In this document: positions 1 through 9,955 of the stretch, in pieces
Numbering within the stretch: the first letter of the stretch is position 1
Layout of the letters: the number at the start of each line of letters is the position of its first letter
Sequence record: MZ501103
Strand: one strand, 5' to 3'
DNA length: 64,000 nucleotides
Source of the DNA: Escherichia phage SelmaRatti
The notes under the pieces: generated by a model
What the model was told of the DNA's origin: nothing
What the model saw: only the letters and a program-made list of their open reading frames with translations
Databases searched by the model: none
Position numbers and translations under genes: made by a program

Positions 1-483
1 ATGGCAAATGATGTATTAGTACCAGATCTTATGTCCCCTGAAGGGATGGATGTAATTGAAGCTTATTTACAGTGCGGTAGCGATGTGCCTTCTGCCGCAC
101 GTAGTCTTGGAATGTCCGAAATTGCTTTCCGAGATATTATGAATCGTAGTGAAGTTAAGAACTACTTAAATGATATTTTTATGGAGAGTGGTTTCCGTAA
201 TAGGGATCGTTTATTTGGTGTTCTGGATGAAGTTATTAAGCGTAAGCTGGAGGAACTGGAAGAAACTGGCATGGGTTCTGACCAAGATATTATGGATATT
301 CTCTGGAAAGCACATAAAATGAAAATGGAAGAAATGAAAATGATGGTAGAATTGGAGAAAGTGAAGGCAGCAGCCCGTACTCCAGCTAACCAGACCAACA
401 TCCAGAATAATATTATTGCTGGAGCTGGGGATCAAAACTACATGGACTTAATTACTTCCCTAGCTACTGGAGGTAAGAAGTAA
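1..483 (+). CDS. putative terminase small subunit (HTH DNA-binding protein); may be 5' complete or truncated at window edge
   Basis: 160-aa ORF directly upstream of and overlapping (TAATG) the large terminase; N-terminal HTH-like segment; position typical of terS. Confidence 0.45.
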
Positions 484-1799
484 TGGAAGTATCAAGACCC
501 TATGTTAATACAGTAGATGTTATTGACTTCGGAATAGATAAACGTTTCTTTCGTCTACCTGTTTCGGGAATACTAGCACAAGAGGGCATTACACCTAACG
601 GCCCTCAAATAGCGATCATCAATGCTCTAGAAGACCCTAGACATCGTTTTGTAACGGCGTGTGTATCACGCCGTGTGGGCAAGTCTTTTATAGCGTATAC
701 ACTTGGATTCCTAAAACTTCTGGAACCTAATGTGAAGGTGCTAGTAGTTGCCCCTAACTATTCACTGGCTAATATCGGATGGTCTCAGATTCGTGGTCTT
801 ATTAAGAAGTATGGCCTACAAACCGAACGTGAAAACGCTAAAGATAAAGAGATTGAGTTAGCTAATGGTTCTCTATTTAAACTAGCTTCCGCGGCTCAGG
901 CTGACTCCGCGGTTGGACGTTCATATGATTTTATCATCTTTGACGAGGCGGCAATTTCCGATGTGGGTGGTGATGCCTTCAGGGTTCAGCTGCGTCCTAC
1001 CCTAGATAAACCTAATTCTAAGGCTCTATTTATTTCCACCCCTCGTGGGGGTAACTGGTTTAAAGAGTTTTACGCCTACGGATTTGATGATACGTTGCCT
1101 AACTGGGTGTCTATTCATGGTACATATCGTGATAACCCACGTGCTGACTTGAATGATATTGAGGAAGCACGTCGTACAGTTAGTAAAAACTACTTCCGCC
1201 AGGAATATGAAGCTGACTTCTCTGTATTCGAAGGACAGATATTTGATACCTTTAATGCTATCGATCATGTTAAAGATCTCAAAGGTATGCGTCACTTCTT
1301 TAAAGAAGATGAAGCATTTGAAACATTACTTGGTATTGACGTTGGTTATCGTGATCCTACAGCAGTTCTTACTATTAAATATCATTACGATACGGATACT
1401 TACTATGTATTAGAAGAGTACCAGCAGGCGGAGAAAACTACAGCTCAGCATGCTGCGTATATTCAGCACTGTATAGATCGTTATAAAGTTGATCGTATTT
1501 TTGTTGACTCTGCCGCCGCTCAGTTCCGCCAGGATTTAGCTTACGAGCATGAAATTGCATCGGCTCCAGCTAAAAAATCTGTCCTAGATGGCCTAGCATG
1601 CTTGCAAGCGCTATTCCAGCAGGGCAAGATTATTGTAGATGCTTCATGTTCCTCATTAATCCATGCATTGCAGAACTATAAGTGGGATTTCCAAGAAGGT
1701 GAAGAAAAATTATCCCGTGAAAAACCACGTCATGATGCTAACTCTCACCTTTGTGATGCGCTCCGCTATGGAATTTACTCTATTTCCCGTGGTAAATAA
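483..1799 (+). CDS. terL: terminase large subunit
   Basis: 438 aa; Walker A-like VSRRVGKS and Walker B FIIFDEAA ATPase motifs, C-terminal nuclease-like region; GGAGG RBS 9 nt upstream; size as recalled for T5 TerL. Confidence 0.9.
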   Translation: MEVSRPYVNTVDVIDFGIDKRFFRLPVSGILAQEGITPNGPQIAIINALEDPRHRFVTACVSRRVGKSFIAYTLGFLKLLEPNVKVLVVAPNYSLANIGWSQIRGLIKKYGLQTERENAKDKEIELANGSLFKLASAAQADSAVGRSYDFIIFDEAAISDVGGDAFRVQLRPTLDKPNSKALFISTPRGGNWFKEFYAYGFDDTLPNWVSIHGTYRDNPRADLNDIEEARRTVSKNYFRQEYEADFSVFEGQIFDTFNAIDHVKDLKGMRHFFKEDEAFETLLGIDVGYRDPTAVLTIKYHYDTDTYYVLEEYQQAEKTTAQHAAYIQHCIDRYKVDRIFVDSAAAQFRQDLAYEHEIASAPAKKSVLDGLACLQALFQQGKIIVDASCSSLIHALQNYKWDFQEGEEKLSREKPRHDANSHLCDALRYGIYSISRGK

Positions 1800-1810
1800 A
1801 TAAGTATAGG

Positions 1811-1850
1811 ATGGGATACTACTCAGTTGGTATCCCATTCCTGCATTTTA
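1811..1850 (+). terminator. stem-loop with weak T-tract downstream of terL
   Basis: 9-bp stem atgggatac/gtatcccat with 10-nt loop, followed by tcctgcatttta. Confidence 0.4.
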
Positions 1851-2059
1851 AAATCCCCTTTACAAATTCGATACGATTATGTATACTATATTCATTGATC
1901 GGGAGAACTTCTCCCATAATAGAACGTAAACAAGAAAAATTATTTTGCTATGTTGCCTATATTAGAGGTAAAAATACCCGCCGAGGCAGCATAAAAATCT
2001 GTATAGTAGAGTTAATAATAACCGCATACAGTATTATAATAAAAAAGTTAGGAGCATTA

Positions 2060-2497
2060 ATGGCAACTAATGTAAAGTTTAAACGTGACGCTATTTCAAT
2101 CATGCGTGACGGTATAAAATCTAGGTATAGAAGAGGTGATTGCTGTGCCATTTGTGCTAGTAATGATGACCTAGAGTTGCATCATTATTTTACTGTTTCT
2201 CAATTAGTAAAAAAGTTCGCTAAAGAAAATCACTTAGATTTCACTGATGAGGAAGTTACCCTATCAAATAGGGAAGCATTCTATAAGCAATATGAGCGAG
2301 AGCTGATTGAAGAAGTAGTAACACTCTGCCAGCATCACCACCAACTGTTACATAAGGTGTACACTAAAGAGCCTCCTTTATTTTCTGCTAATAAGCAAAA
2401 AGTGTGGGTTCAAAAGCAGAAAGACAAATTACAGAATCCTCAAGAAAAGACACAAGTCAAGACTGAAACAAAATCAGGATTCGCAAGGTTCTTATAA
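2060..2497 (+). CDS. HNH homing endonuclease
   Basis: CCAIC...LELHHYF...CQHHHQLLH HNH/zinc motif; ATG at 2060 preceded by AGGAG; ORF-track N-terminal extension from 1811 looks non-coding. Confidence 0.75.
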   Translation: MATNVKFKRDAISIMRDGIKSRYRRGDCCAICASNDDLELHHYFTVSQLVKKFAKENHLDFTDEEVTLSNREAFYKQYERELIEEVVTLCQHHHQLLHKVYTKEPPLFSANKQKVWVQKQKDKLQNPQEKTQVKTETKSGFARFL

Positions 2498-3714
2498 TGG
2501 GTTTTAAAAGCTGGATTACTGAAAAGTTAAATCCGGGTCAACGTATTATAAGAGACATGGAACCAGTTAGTCATCGCACTAACCGTAAGCCTTTTACCAC
2601 TGGACAAGCCTACAGTAAAATTGAGATTCTCAATAGAACTGCTAATATGGTTATAGATAGTGCGGCGGAATGTTCTTATACTGTCGGAGATAAATATAAT
2701 ATTGTCACGTACGCTAATGGCGTCAAAACAAAGACTCTAGACACTCTCTTAAATGTACGACCTAATCCATTCATGGATATAAGCACATTCCGTAGACTTG
2801 TAGTCACTGACCTACTTTTTGAAGGTTGTGCATACATCTATTGGGATGGCACATCGCTTTACCATGTCCCGGCTGCTCTTATGCAGGTCGAGGCAGATGC
2901 CAATAAGTTTATCAAAAAATTTATATTTAATAACCAGATAGACTATCGCGTAGATGAGATTATCTTTATAAAGGATAACAGTTACGTGTGTGGCACAAAC
3001 TCTCAAATTTCTGGACAATCTCGTGTTGCTACTGTTATTGACTCTCTTGAGAAGCGTTCTAAAATGCTTAACTTTAAAGAGAAGTTCCTCGATAACGGCA
3101 CTGTGATTGGTCTTATTCTTGAGACGGATGAAATCCTGAACAAGAAATTGCGTGAGCGTAAACAAGAAGAATTACAACTCGATTATAATCCTAGTACTGG
3201 TCAGTCTTCTGTCCTGATTCTAGATGGTGGTATGAAAGCTAAACCGTACTCCCAAATATCCTCTTTTAAAGATCTAGACTTTAAGGAAGACATCGAAGGA
3301 TTTAACAAATCTATCTGTCTAGCCTTTGGAGTTCCGCAAGTACTACTTGATGGTGGTAATAATGCGAATATTCGACCAAACATCGAATTATTCTATTATA
3401 TGACTATCATTCCTATGCTGAACAAACTGACTAGTTCTCTTACTTTCTTTTTTGGTTATAAGATTACTCCTAATACTAAGGAGGTAGCTGCATTAACACC
3501 AGATAAAGAAGCTGAGGCTAAACATTTAACCTCATTGGTTAATAATGGTATTATGACTGGTAACGAAGCTCGTTTAGAGCTGAACCTTGAACCTTTAGAT
3601 GATGAGCAGATGGATAGAATTCGTATTCCTGCTAACGTTGCTGGTTCTGCAACAGGTGTATCTGGTCAAGAAGGTGGTAGACCTCAAGGTTCCACCGAGG
3701 GAGATAAAGAATGA
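2497..3714 (+). CDS. portal protein (pb7-like)
   Basis: 405 aa, position between terminase and prohead protease, TAATG overlap with upstream gene. Confidence 0.85.
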   Translation: MGFKSWITEKLNPGQRIIRDMEPVSHRTNRKPFTTGQAYSKIEILNRTANMVIDSAAECSYTVGDKYNIVTYANGVKTKTLDTLLNVRPNPFMDISTFRRLVVTDLLFEGCAYIYWDGTSLYHVPAALMQVEADANKFIKKFIFNNQIDYRVDEIIFIKDNSYVCGTNSQISGQSRVATVIDSLEKRSKMLNFKEKFLDNGTVIGLILETDEILNKKLRERKQEELQLDYNPSTGQSSVLILDGGMKAKPYSQISSFKDLDFKEDIEGFNKSICLAFGVPQVLLDGGNNANIRPNIELFYYMTIIPMLNKLTSSLTFFFGYKITPNTKEVAALTPDKEAEAKHLTSLVNNGIMTGNEARLELNLEPLDDEQMDRIRIPANVAGSATGVSGQEGGRPQGSTEGDKE

Positions 3715-3971
3715 TTGATTATAATGGTCTAAAGACCATTTTTGGTGAAAAACTGCCAGAATCTCATATCTTCTTTGCTACGGTTGCTGCGCATAAATAT
3801 GTTCCTAGCTATGCTTTTCTGCGTAGAGAACTAGGGCTTTCATCTGCGCATACTAACCGTAAAGTATGGAAGAAATTTGTAGGGGCTTATGGTGCAGCAG
3901 TTCCAACTACTCCTTCTAAAGATTTAACTGCTAGCATGCCTGTTAAAGGGGGGAGCAACGGTGACAGATAG
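3711..3971 (+). CDS. hypothetical protein
   Basis: 86-aa ORF with ATGA overlap to portal stop. Confidence 0.45.
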   Translation: MIDYNGLKTIFGEKLPESHIFFATVAAHKYVPSYAFLRRELGLSSAHTNRKVWKKFVGAYGAAVPTTPSKDLTASMPVKGGSNGDR

Positions 3972-4026
3972 TAATGATTCTACCGCTGGTACAGAGACAG
4001 TTTATCATGTGGCTGGAGTATAATAA

Positions 4027-4659
4027 ATGACACAAGCTGCTATTGACTATAACAAGTTAAAATCAGCACCGGTTCATTTAGACGCTTACATTAAGTCTAT
4101 TGATAGCGAATCCAAAGAGGGTGTTATAAAAATCCGTGGATTCGCTAATACAATTAGTAAAGATCGCGCAGGTGATGTAATTCCTGCTTCTGCGTGGAAA
4201 ACATCTAATGCACTTACTAACTACATGAAAAACCCGATTATTCTTTTCGGACACGACCATCGTCGTCCAATCGGTAAGTGTATTGATCTTAACCCTACTG
4301 AAATGGGTCTCGAAATCGAATGTGAGATCTATGAAAGTTCTGACCCGGCTATCTTTTCACTAATTAAAAACGGTGTACTGAAAACCTTCAGTATCGGATT
4401 CCGCTGCCTAGATGCAGAGTGGGATGAAGCTACTGATATATTTATTATTAAAGATTTAGAACTATACGAAGTTTCGGTAGTTTCTGTACCTTGTAATCAG
4501 GACTCAACGTTCAATATCGCTAAGAGCATGAATGGTCATGATTATACTGAATGGCGTAAATCTTTTACTGCAATAAGTTCTAAAGCTGTCCCAGCTCAAG
4601 AACGTAATCTTTCTGAACTAGAAAAACTTGCGATAGCTTTAGGCTACGTTAAAGAATAA
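4027..4659 (+). CDS. prohead (maturation) protease, HK97 family
   Basis: 210 aa; conserved LFGHDH His region typical of HK97-type prohead proteases; located between portal and capsid genes. Confidence 0.85.
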   Translation: MTQAAIDYNKLKSAPVHLDAYIKSIDSESKEGVIKIRGFANTISKDRAGDVIPASAWKTSNALTNYMKNPIILFGHDHRRPIGKCIDLNPTEMGLEIECEIYESSDPAIFSLIKNGVLKTFSIGFRCLDAEWDEATDIFIIKDLELYEVSVVSVPCNQDSTFNIAKSMNGHDYTEWRKSFTAISSKAVPAQERNLSELEKLAIALGYVKE

Positions 4660-4676
4660 CGGAGAATTATTTAAAA

Positions 4677-6053
4677 ATGACTATTGATATTAATAAGCTG
4701 AAAGAAGAACTTGGTCTGGGTGATCTGGCTAAATCTCTGGAAGGTCTGACCGCTGCTCAGAAAGCTCAGGAAGCTGAACGTATGCGTAAAGAGCAGGAAG
4801 AAAAAGAACTGGCTCGTATGAATGATCTGGTTTCTAAAGCAGTTGGCGAAGATCGTCAGAAGCTAGAAGAAGCTCTGGAACTGGTTAAATCCCTGGATGA
4901 AAAATCTAAGAAGAGCGCAGAACTATTTGCACAGACTGTAGAAAAGCAGCAGGAAACTATCGTTGGTCTTCAGGACGAAATCAAGTCTCTGCTGGCAGCT
5001 CGTGAAGGTCGTTCATTCGTAGGGGATAGCGTAGCTAAAGCACTGTACGGTACTCAGGAAGCTTTTGAAGATGAAGTTGAAAAACTAGTCCTCCTGTCTT
5101 ATATGATGGAGAAAGACGTATTCGAAACTGAACATGGTAAGGCTCACGTTAAAGCTGTTAACGGTTCTTCTTCCGTTTCCATGTCTAGCGAAGCATACGA
5201 AACTATCTTCTCTACCCGTATTATCCGTGACCTGCAGAAGGAACTGGTAGTTGGTGCACTGTTCGATGAACTGCCAATGTCCAGCAAAATCCTTACTATG
5301 CTCGTTGAACCAGAAGCTGGTCGTGCTACTTGGGTAGATGCTTCCAAATTCGGTACTGACGAAACTGTTGGTGACGAAGTTAAAGGTCAACTGACTGAAA
5401 TCAGCTTCAAAACTTACAAGCTGGCTGCTAAATCCTTCATCACTGATGAAACTGAGGAAGATGCAATCTTCTCCCTGCTGCCTCTGCTGCGTAAGCGTCT
5501 GATCGAAGCACACGCTGTTTCTATCGAAGAAGCTTTCATGTCCGGTAATGGTACTGGTCAGCCTAAGGGTCTGCTGAAACTGGCTGCTGATGATGGTGCT
5601 AAGGTTATTACCGAAGCTAAAGCTGACGGTTCTGTTCTGGTAACTGCTAAGACTATCTCCAAGCTGCGTCGTAAACTGGGCCGTCACGGTCTGAAACTGA
5701 GCAAACTGGTACTGATCGTATCTATGGATGCTTACTACGATCTGCTGGAAGATGAAGAATGGCAGGATGTTGCCCAGGTTGGTAACGATGCTGTTAAACT
5801 GCAGGGTCAGGTTGGTCGTATTTACGGTCTGCCGGTTGTAGTTTCTGAGTACTTCCCAGCTAAAGCTGCTTCCGCTGAATTCGCAGTTATTGTTTATAAA
5901 GATAACTTCGTAATGCCGCGTCAGCGCGCCGTTACTGTTGAACGTGAGCGCCAAGCTGGTAAACAGCGTGATGCATACTACGTTACTCAGCGTGTTAACC
6001 TGCAACGTTACTTTAATAATGGCGTTGTATCTGGTGCTTACGCTGCATCTTAA
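4677..6053 (+). CDS. major capsid protein with N-terminal scaffolding (delta) domain (pb8-like)
   Basis: 458 aa; N-terminal ~100 aa coiled-coil rich in E/K/L followed by HK97-fold-like capsid region; strong codon bias; no separate scaffold gene nearby. Confidence 0.9.
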   Translation: MTIDINKLKEELGLGDLAKSLEGLTAAQKAQEAERMRKEQEEKELARMNDLVSKAVGEDRQKLEEALELVKSLDEKSKKSAELFAQTVEKQQETIVGLQDEIKSLLAAREGRSFVGDSVAKALYGTQEAFEDEVEKLVLLSYMMEKDVFETEHGKAHVKAVNGSSSVSMSSEAYETIFSTRIIRDLQKELVVGALFDELPMSSKILTMLVEPEAGRATWVDASKFGTDETVGDEVKGQLTEISFKTYKLAAKSFITDETEEDAIFSLLPLLRKRLIEAHAVSIEEAFMSGNGTGQPKGLLKLAADDGAKVITEAKADGSVLVTAKTISKLRRKLGRHGLKLSKLVLIVSMDAYYDLLEDEEWQDVAQVGNDAVKLQGQVGRIYGLPVVVSEYFPAKAASAEFAVIVYKDNFVMPRQRAVTVERERQAGKQRDAYYVTQRVNLQRYFNNGVVSGAYAAS

Positions 6054-6063
6054 TATTGACTAC

Positions 6064-6118
6064 TATACCCTCTCAAAAGAGAGGGTATACCATATTACAG
6101 TTCATTCATATGGTATAC
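6064..6118 (+). terminator. two overlapping alternative hairpins downstream of major capsid gene
   Basis: 11-bp perfect stem 6064-6074/6079-6089 and 11-bp perfect stem 6085-6095/6108-6118 share 6085-6089; no U-tract. Confidence 0.4.
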
Positions 6119-6136
6119 TTGTATGGGGGTTACTAA

Positions 6137-6706
6137 ATGGCAGGAAAAGCGATACCTTATGAAATAAGGGAAAAGCAAATTCTAGAAATTTGCGAAAAAG
6201 AAGGGTATGTATATAAAGGGGTGGTTGGTAACTTTAAGAATTCAGAATCCAAAATACTGATAGAATGCACTAAGGATGGTAATTGTTGGACTCCACGCAT
6301 ACGTAATTTTGTCAATACTGGTTCACGATGTCCAAAATGTTGTCAAACACGTTTTTTGAAGGCAAAAGAAAATAAAGTAGTATCTATAGAAGATACTACT
6401 GCTATTTTTTATATTCAAAGATTGACTAACAATTATCACTCAGTTCTAAAATATGGAATAACTTCCCGAAATATTGATGTTCGGATTAGAGAACAATCAC
6501 GAGTATCAGCCTATACTCACGAACTACTCCTATCAGTGCAACTACCTTCTAGACAGGAGGCATTTATGTTAGAAGCCTTAGTAAAACAGTCTATTCCTTC
6601 TGGGTTTCTTACTCCTGCTCTTCTCCCTGATGGGTATACAGAAACCTGTCTTGAAAAATACCTGCCAGAGATAAAACATATAGTTTATAATTATATGTTT
6701 TCCTAG
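6137..6706 (+). CDS. zinc-ribbon + T5orf172 (GIY-YIG-like) domain protein, putative homing endonuclease
   Basis: One C-x-x-G-x-C-W...C-P-K-C zinc-ribbon unit followed by a T5orf172-like block (IFYIQRL...KYGITSRN...R..E); paralogous to 42636-43301 and 52729-53592. Confidence 0.6.
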   Translation: MAGKAIPYEIREKQILEICEKEGYVYKGVVGNFKNSESKILIECTKDGNCWTPRIRNFVNTGSRCPKCCQTRFLKAKENKVVSIEDTTAIFYIQRLTNNYHSVLKYGITSRNIDVRIREQSRVSAYTHELLLSVQLPSRQEAFMLEALVKQSIPSGFLTPALLPDGYTETCLEKYLPEIKHIVYNYMFS

Positions 6707-6724
6707 TAACGGCTCTTTAGCCGA

Positions 6725-6750
6725 AAGAGAGCTTCGGCTCTCTTTTTTAT
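6725..6750 (+). terminator. rho-independent terminator
   Basis: stem aagagagc/gctctctt with TTCG loop followed by TTTTTT. Confidence 0.7.
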
Positions 6751-6761
6751 TGGAAAAATAA

Positions 6762-7274
6762 ATGCAAATCATCACTATTGAAGACTACAGACTATATGCT
6801 AATGCAAAGCGACCTGATATGGAAACTCAGGTTGAGATGATGATTAAAGCTGCCAATACGCTGATTACAAGCCTTCTAGGTATGGATGATGCAGATGCGG
6901 TAGATCAATTAATCACTACAAAACCTAGCCGTAGGAAATATTTCCTGAGTTCTCCCTCAGCCACATCTATTACAAAGATGACTATTAACGAGAATGAAAT
7001 AGGCCAGGAACAGTTTAAATTGTACCCTAATGGTGTTATTCTTCTTAAATTTAATCCTCCTGAGGGATATATGGATGTAGAATATACCCAAGGTGGTTTC
7101 AACCCAATGCCTGAAGATCTTAAGCTGGCAGCATGCCTGTTAGTAGATCACTGGCATAAGCAGGATTATCGTCAAGCCAAGACTATTGGTGGGGAGACAA
7201 TTACGTTTAATAGTACTAAGTCTGGTATTCCAGAGCATATTCGTACAATCGTCGAAGTATATAGGAGAGTATAA
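6762..7274 (+). CDS. hypothetical virion protein (head completion/connector candidate)
   Basis: 170-aa ORF in head-tail joining region; assignment by synteny only. Confidence 0.45.
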   Translation: MQIITIEDYRLYANAKRPDMETQVEMMIKAANTLITSLLGMDDADAVDQLITTKPSRRKYFLSSPSATSITKMTINENEIGQEQFKLYPNGVILLKFNPPEGYMDVEYTQGGFNPMPEDLKLAACLLVDHWHKQDYRQAKTIGGETITFNSTKSGIPEHIRTIVEVYRRV

Positions 7275-8041
7275 TGGCTCTTTCTGATATAGCTACACAA
7301 ATTATTAAAGAGCAGCTAGATTCTGCTGGACGTTCTGAGAATAATAAGAATACTGTTGTATATACAGTTGAGACTGGTTTGAAAGATCTTACAAGAGACG
7401 GTACAGTTGCACAGGTATCTTTTAAGTTCTCTAAACCAGTATCTCAAGATTTACTTAATGTTAGGACTGCTTCTATCCTAAAAGCTGTATCTTCTAGCTT
7501 AGATCTAACAGGAGACTTAGGTGCTTTAGAAAGCCTTATTCAATCAACCGCAGGCAAGAAATCTTCTGTAGGTAAAAAACGTTCTACTGGTAGAGTAGAG
7601 GTAAACTTTGGGGATCCTAGAGACGTGGAAGATGGATATTCTGGTGCAGTAACAGGTGTTTCAGGACGTTTTGTATCTAATAGCAATATGAAGGTTATTC
7701 TGGAGTTGGTTGCTAAAGAATACTTAATAAAAGATATGAAAAAAGCAGGGGCTCCACTTAAATTTAGAACAGGTCGTTTTGCAAATTCTTTAAAAGTTAA
7801 AGATGTTATGCTTAGAGATGCTGGAACTAGCAAAGGTGCTCCTGAATTAAATGTTACATATAATTATATGGTACGTCCATATTCTGTGTTCAATCCGGCA
7901 GTATCTACATACAGAAGATTATCTCTACGACCTTATCCTGGCGCTAGAAACCCACAAAAACTTATTGGTGAGGCTATAGCAAAAGCTGCAAGAGACCTTA
8001 TTCACTCCAGGTACAAAATTAAGGTTAATCAAGGAACCTAA
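7274..8041 (+). CDS. hypothetical virion protein (tail completion candidate)
   Basis: 255-aa ORF, start overlaps upstream stop; synteny only. Confidence 0.45.
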   Translation: MALSDIATQIIKEQLDSAGRSENNKNTVVYTVETGLKDLTRDGTVAQVSFKFSKPVSQDLLNVRTASILKAVSSSLDLTGDLGALESLIQSTAGKKSSVGKKRSTGRVEVNFGDPRDVEDGYSGAVTGVSGRFVSNSNMKVILELVAKEYLIKDMKKAGAPLKFRTGRFANSLKVKDVMLRDAGTSKGAPELNVTYNYMVRPYSVFNPAVSTYRRLSLRPYPGARNPQKLIGEAIAKAARDLIHSRYKIKVNQGT

Positions 8042-8044
8042 TAA

Positions 8045-8533
8045 ATGGATCACAGAACAAGTATAGCACAAGCTCTGGTTGACCGAATAGCCAAACAAAT
8101 GGATGGCTCTCAACCAGATGAATATTTTAATAACTTGTATGGAAACGTCTCACGTCAAACTTATAAGTTTGAGGAGATACGAGAGTTTCCTTATGTAGCA
8201 GTCCATATTGGAACTGAAACTGGGCAGTATCTTCCTTCTGGTCAGCAGTGGATGTTTTTAGAACTTCCGATACTAGTATATGATAAAGAGAAGGATGGAG
8301 ATATTCAAACTTCCCTGGAAAAACTCGTAGCGGATATAAAAACCGTTATTGACACAGGTGGAAATTTAGAATATACTGTTAGTAAACCTAATGGATCGAC
8401 CTTCCTATGTGAGGCGACTGATATGATCATTACATCAGTTAGTACAGATGAGGGTCTACTGGCCCCATATGGTTTAGCAGAAATAAATGTAACAGTGAGG
8501 TATCAGCCTCCGCGTAGGTCACTTCGCAGATAA
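8045..8533 (+). CDS. hypothetical virion protein (tail terminator candidate)
   Basis: 162-aa ORF immediately upstream of tail tube gene; synteny only. Confidence 0.45.
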   Translation: MDHRTSIAQALVDRIAKQMDGSQPDEYFNNLYGNVSRQTYKFEEIREFPYVAVHIGTETGQYLPSGQQWMFLELPILVYDKEKDGDIQTSLEKLVADIKTVIDTGGNLEYTVSKPNGSTFLCEATDMIITSVSTDEGLLAPYGLAEINVTVRYQPPRRSLRR

Positions 8534-8559
8534 GTTACAGATTAGGAGAAAATAATTAA

Positions 8560-9951
8560 ATGTCTTTACAACTATTACGTAATACTCGAATCTTCGTGTC
8601 TACGGTTAAGACTGGTCATAATAAGACCAACACGCAAGAGATTCTAGTTCAGGATGATATTTCTTGGGGTCAGGACAGTAACTCAACAGATATTACTGTT
8701 AACGAAGCTGGTCCGCGTCCTACTCGTGGTTCTAAACGTTTTAACGATTCCTTGAATGCGGCTGAGTGGAGTTTTTCTACTTATATCCTGCCATACAAGG
8801 ATAAAACCTCTAATAAACAGATTGTTCCCGACTACATGTTATGGCATGCTCTTTCTAGTGGTAAAGCGTTAAACCTTGAGGGAGACACAGGTGCGCATAA
8901 TAATGAAGCTAACTTCATGGTTAACTTTAAAGATAACTCTTATCATGAGTTGGCTATGCTGCACATCTACATTCTTACTGACAAAGCATGGAGCTATATT
9001 GACTCTTGCCAGATCAACCAGGCAGAAGTTAACGTTGATATTGAGGATATTGGTCGTGTAACTTGGTCTGGTAAGGGTAATCAGCTTATTCCTCTGGATG
9101 CGCAACCATTTGATCCGGATAAGGTAGGTATTGATGATGAAACTTATATGACTATCCAGGGTTCTTACATTAAGAACAAACTAACCGTCTTGAAGATCAA
9201 GGATATGGATACCAATAAGTCTTATGACATACCAATTACCGGTGGTACTTTTACTATTAACAACAACATTACTTACCTAACACCTAATGTAATGTCCCGT
9301 GTTACTATTCCAATTGGTTCCTTTACTGGTGCTTTTGAATTAACTGGTTCTCTAACAGCATACCTTAACGATAAAGCTCTTGGTTCTATGGAACTGTATA
9401 AAGATCTTGTCAAAACCCTTAAGGTAGTTAACCGCTTCGAAATTGCTCTAGTACTTGGCGGTGAATACGATGAAGAACGTCCTGCGGCTATTCTAGTAGC
9501 TAAACAAGCACATGTTAATATTCCTACTATTGAAACTGATGATGTACTTGGTACTTCAGTAGAGTTTAAAGCTATTCCATCTGATCTGGATGCTGGTGAT
9601 GAAGGTTACTTAGGCTTCTCTAGTAAATATACCAAAACAACTATTAATAACTTGATTGTTAATGGTGATGGTGCTACTAATGCTGTAACCGCAATTACTG
9701 TTAAATCTGCTGGTAATGCTACTTCTGTTCGGACTGGACAAACTCTTCAGATGAGTGTTGAAGTTACCCCTTCTTCTGCAAAGAATAAGGATGTTACTTG
9801 GGCTATCACCAGCGGTGATGCAGCTACTATCAATGCAGCAGGACTATTAACAGCCCATGCTAGTAAAACAGGTGCGGTAACTGTTGAAGCTACAGCTAAG
9901 GATGGTTCTGGAGTTAAAGGCACTAAAGTTATTACTGTAATAGGTGGTTAA
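8560..9951 (+). CDS. major tail tube protein with C-terminal Ig-like (Big_2-type) domain (pb6-like)
   Basis: 463 aa; C-terminal ~80 aa show the T/S/V/A-rich beta pattern of Ig-like domains; AGGAG RBS; size as recalled for T5 pb6. Confidence 0.85.
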   Translation: MSLQLLRNTRIFVSTVKTGHNKTNTQEILVQDDISWGQDSNSTDITVNEAGPRPTRGSKRFNDSLNAAEWSFSTYILPYKDKTSNKQIVPDYMLWHALSSGKALNLEGDTGAHNNEANFMVNFKDNSYHELAMLHIYILTDKAWSYIDSCQINQAEVNVDIEDIGRVTWSGKGNQLIPLDAQPFDPDKVGIDDETYMTIQGSYIKNKLTVLKIKDMDTNKSYDIPITGGTFTINNNITYLTPNVMSRVTIPIGSFTGAFELTGSLTAYLNDKALGSMELYKDLVKTLKVVNRFEIALVLGGEYDEERPAAILVAKQAHVNIPTIETDDVLGTSVEFKAIPSDLDAGDEGYLGFSSKYTKTTINNLIVNGDGATNAVTAITVKSAGNATSVRTGQTLQMSVEVTPSSAKNKDVTWAITSGDAATINAAGLLTAHASKTGAVTVEATAKDGSGVKGTKVITVIGG

Positions 9952-9955
9952 TTAA

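Noticed and set aside
1811-2059. N-terminal extension of the HNH ORF suggested by the ORF track
   Set aside because: The region contains a terminator-like hairpin and the translation is low-complexity; an ATG at 2060 with an AGGAG RBS starts the recognisable HNH domain.
5085-6005. 306-aa antisense ORF inside the major capsid gene
   Set aside because: Lies entirely antisense to a strongly supported capsid gene, has low-complexity composition and no RBS; an expected artefact of codon bias in a highly expressed gene.
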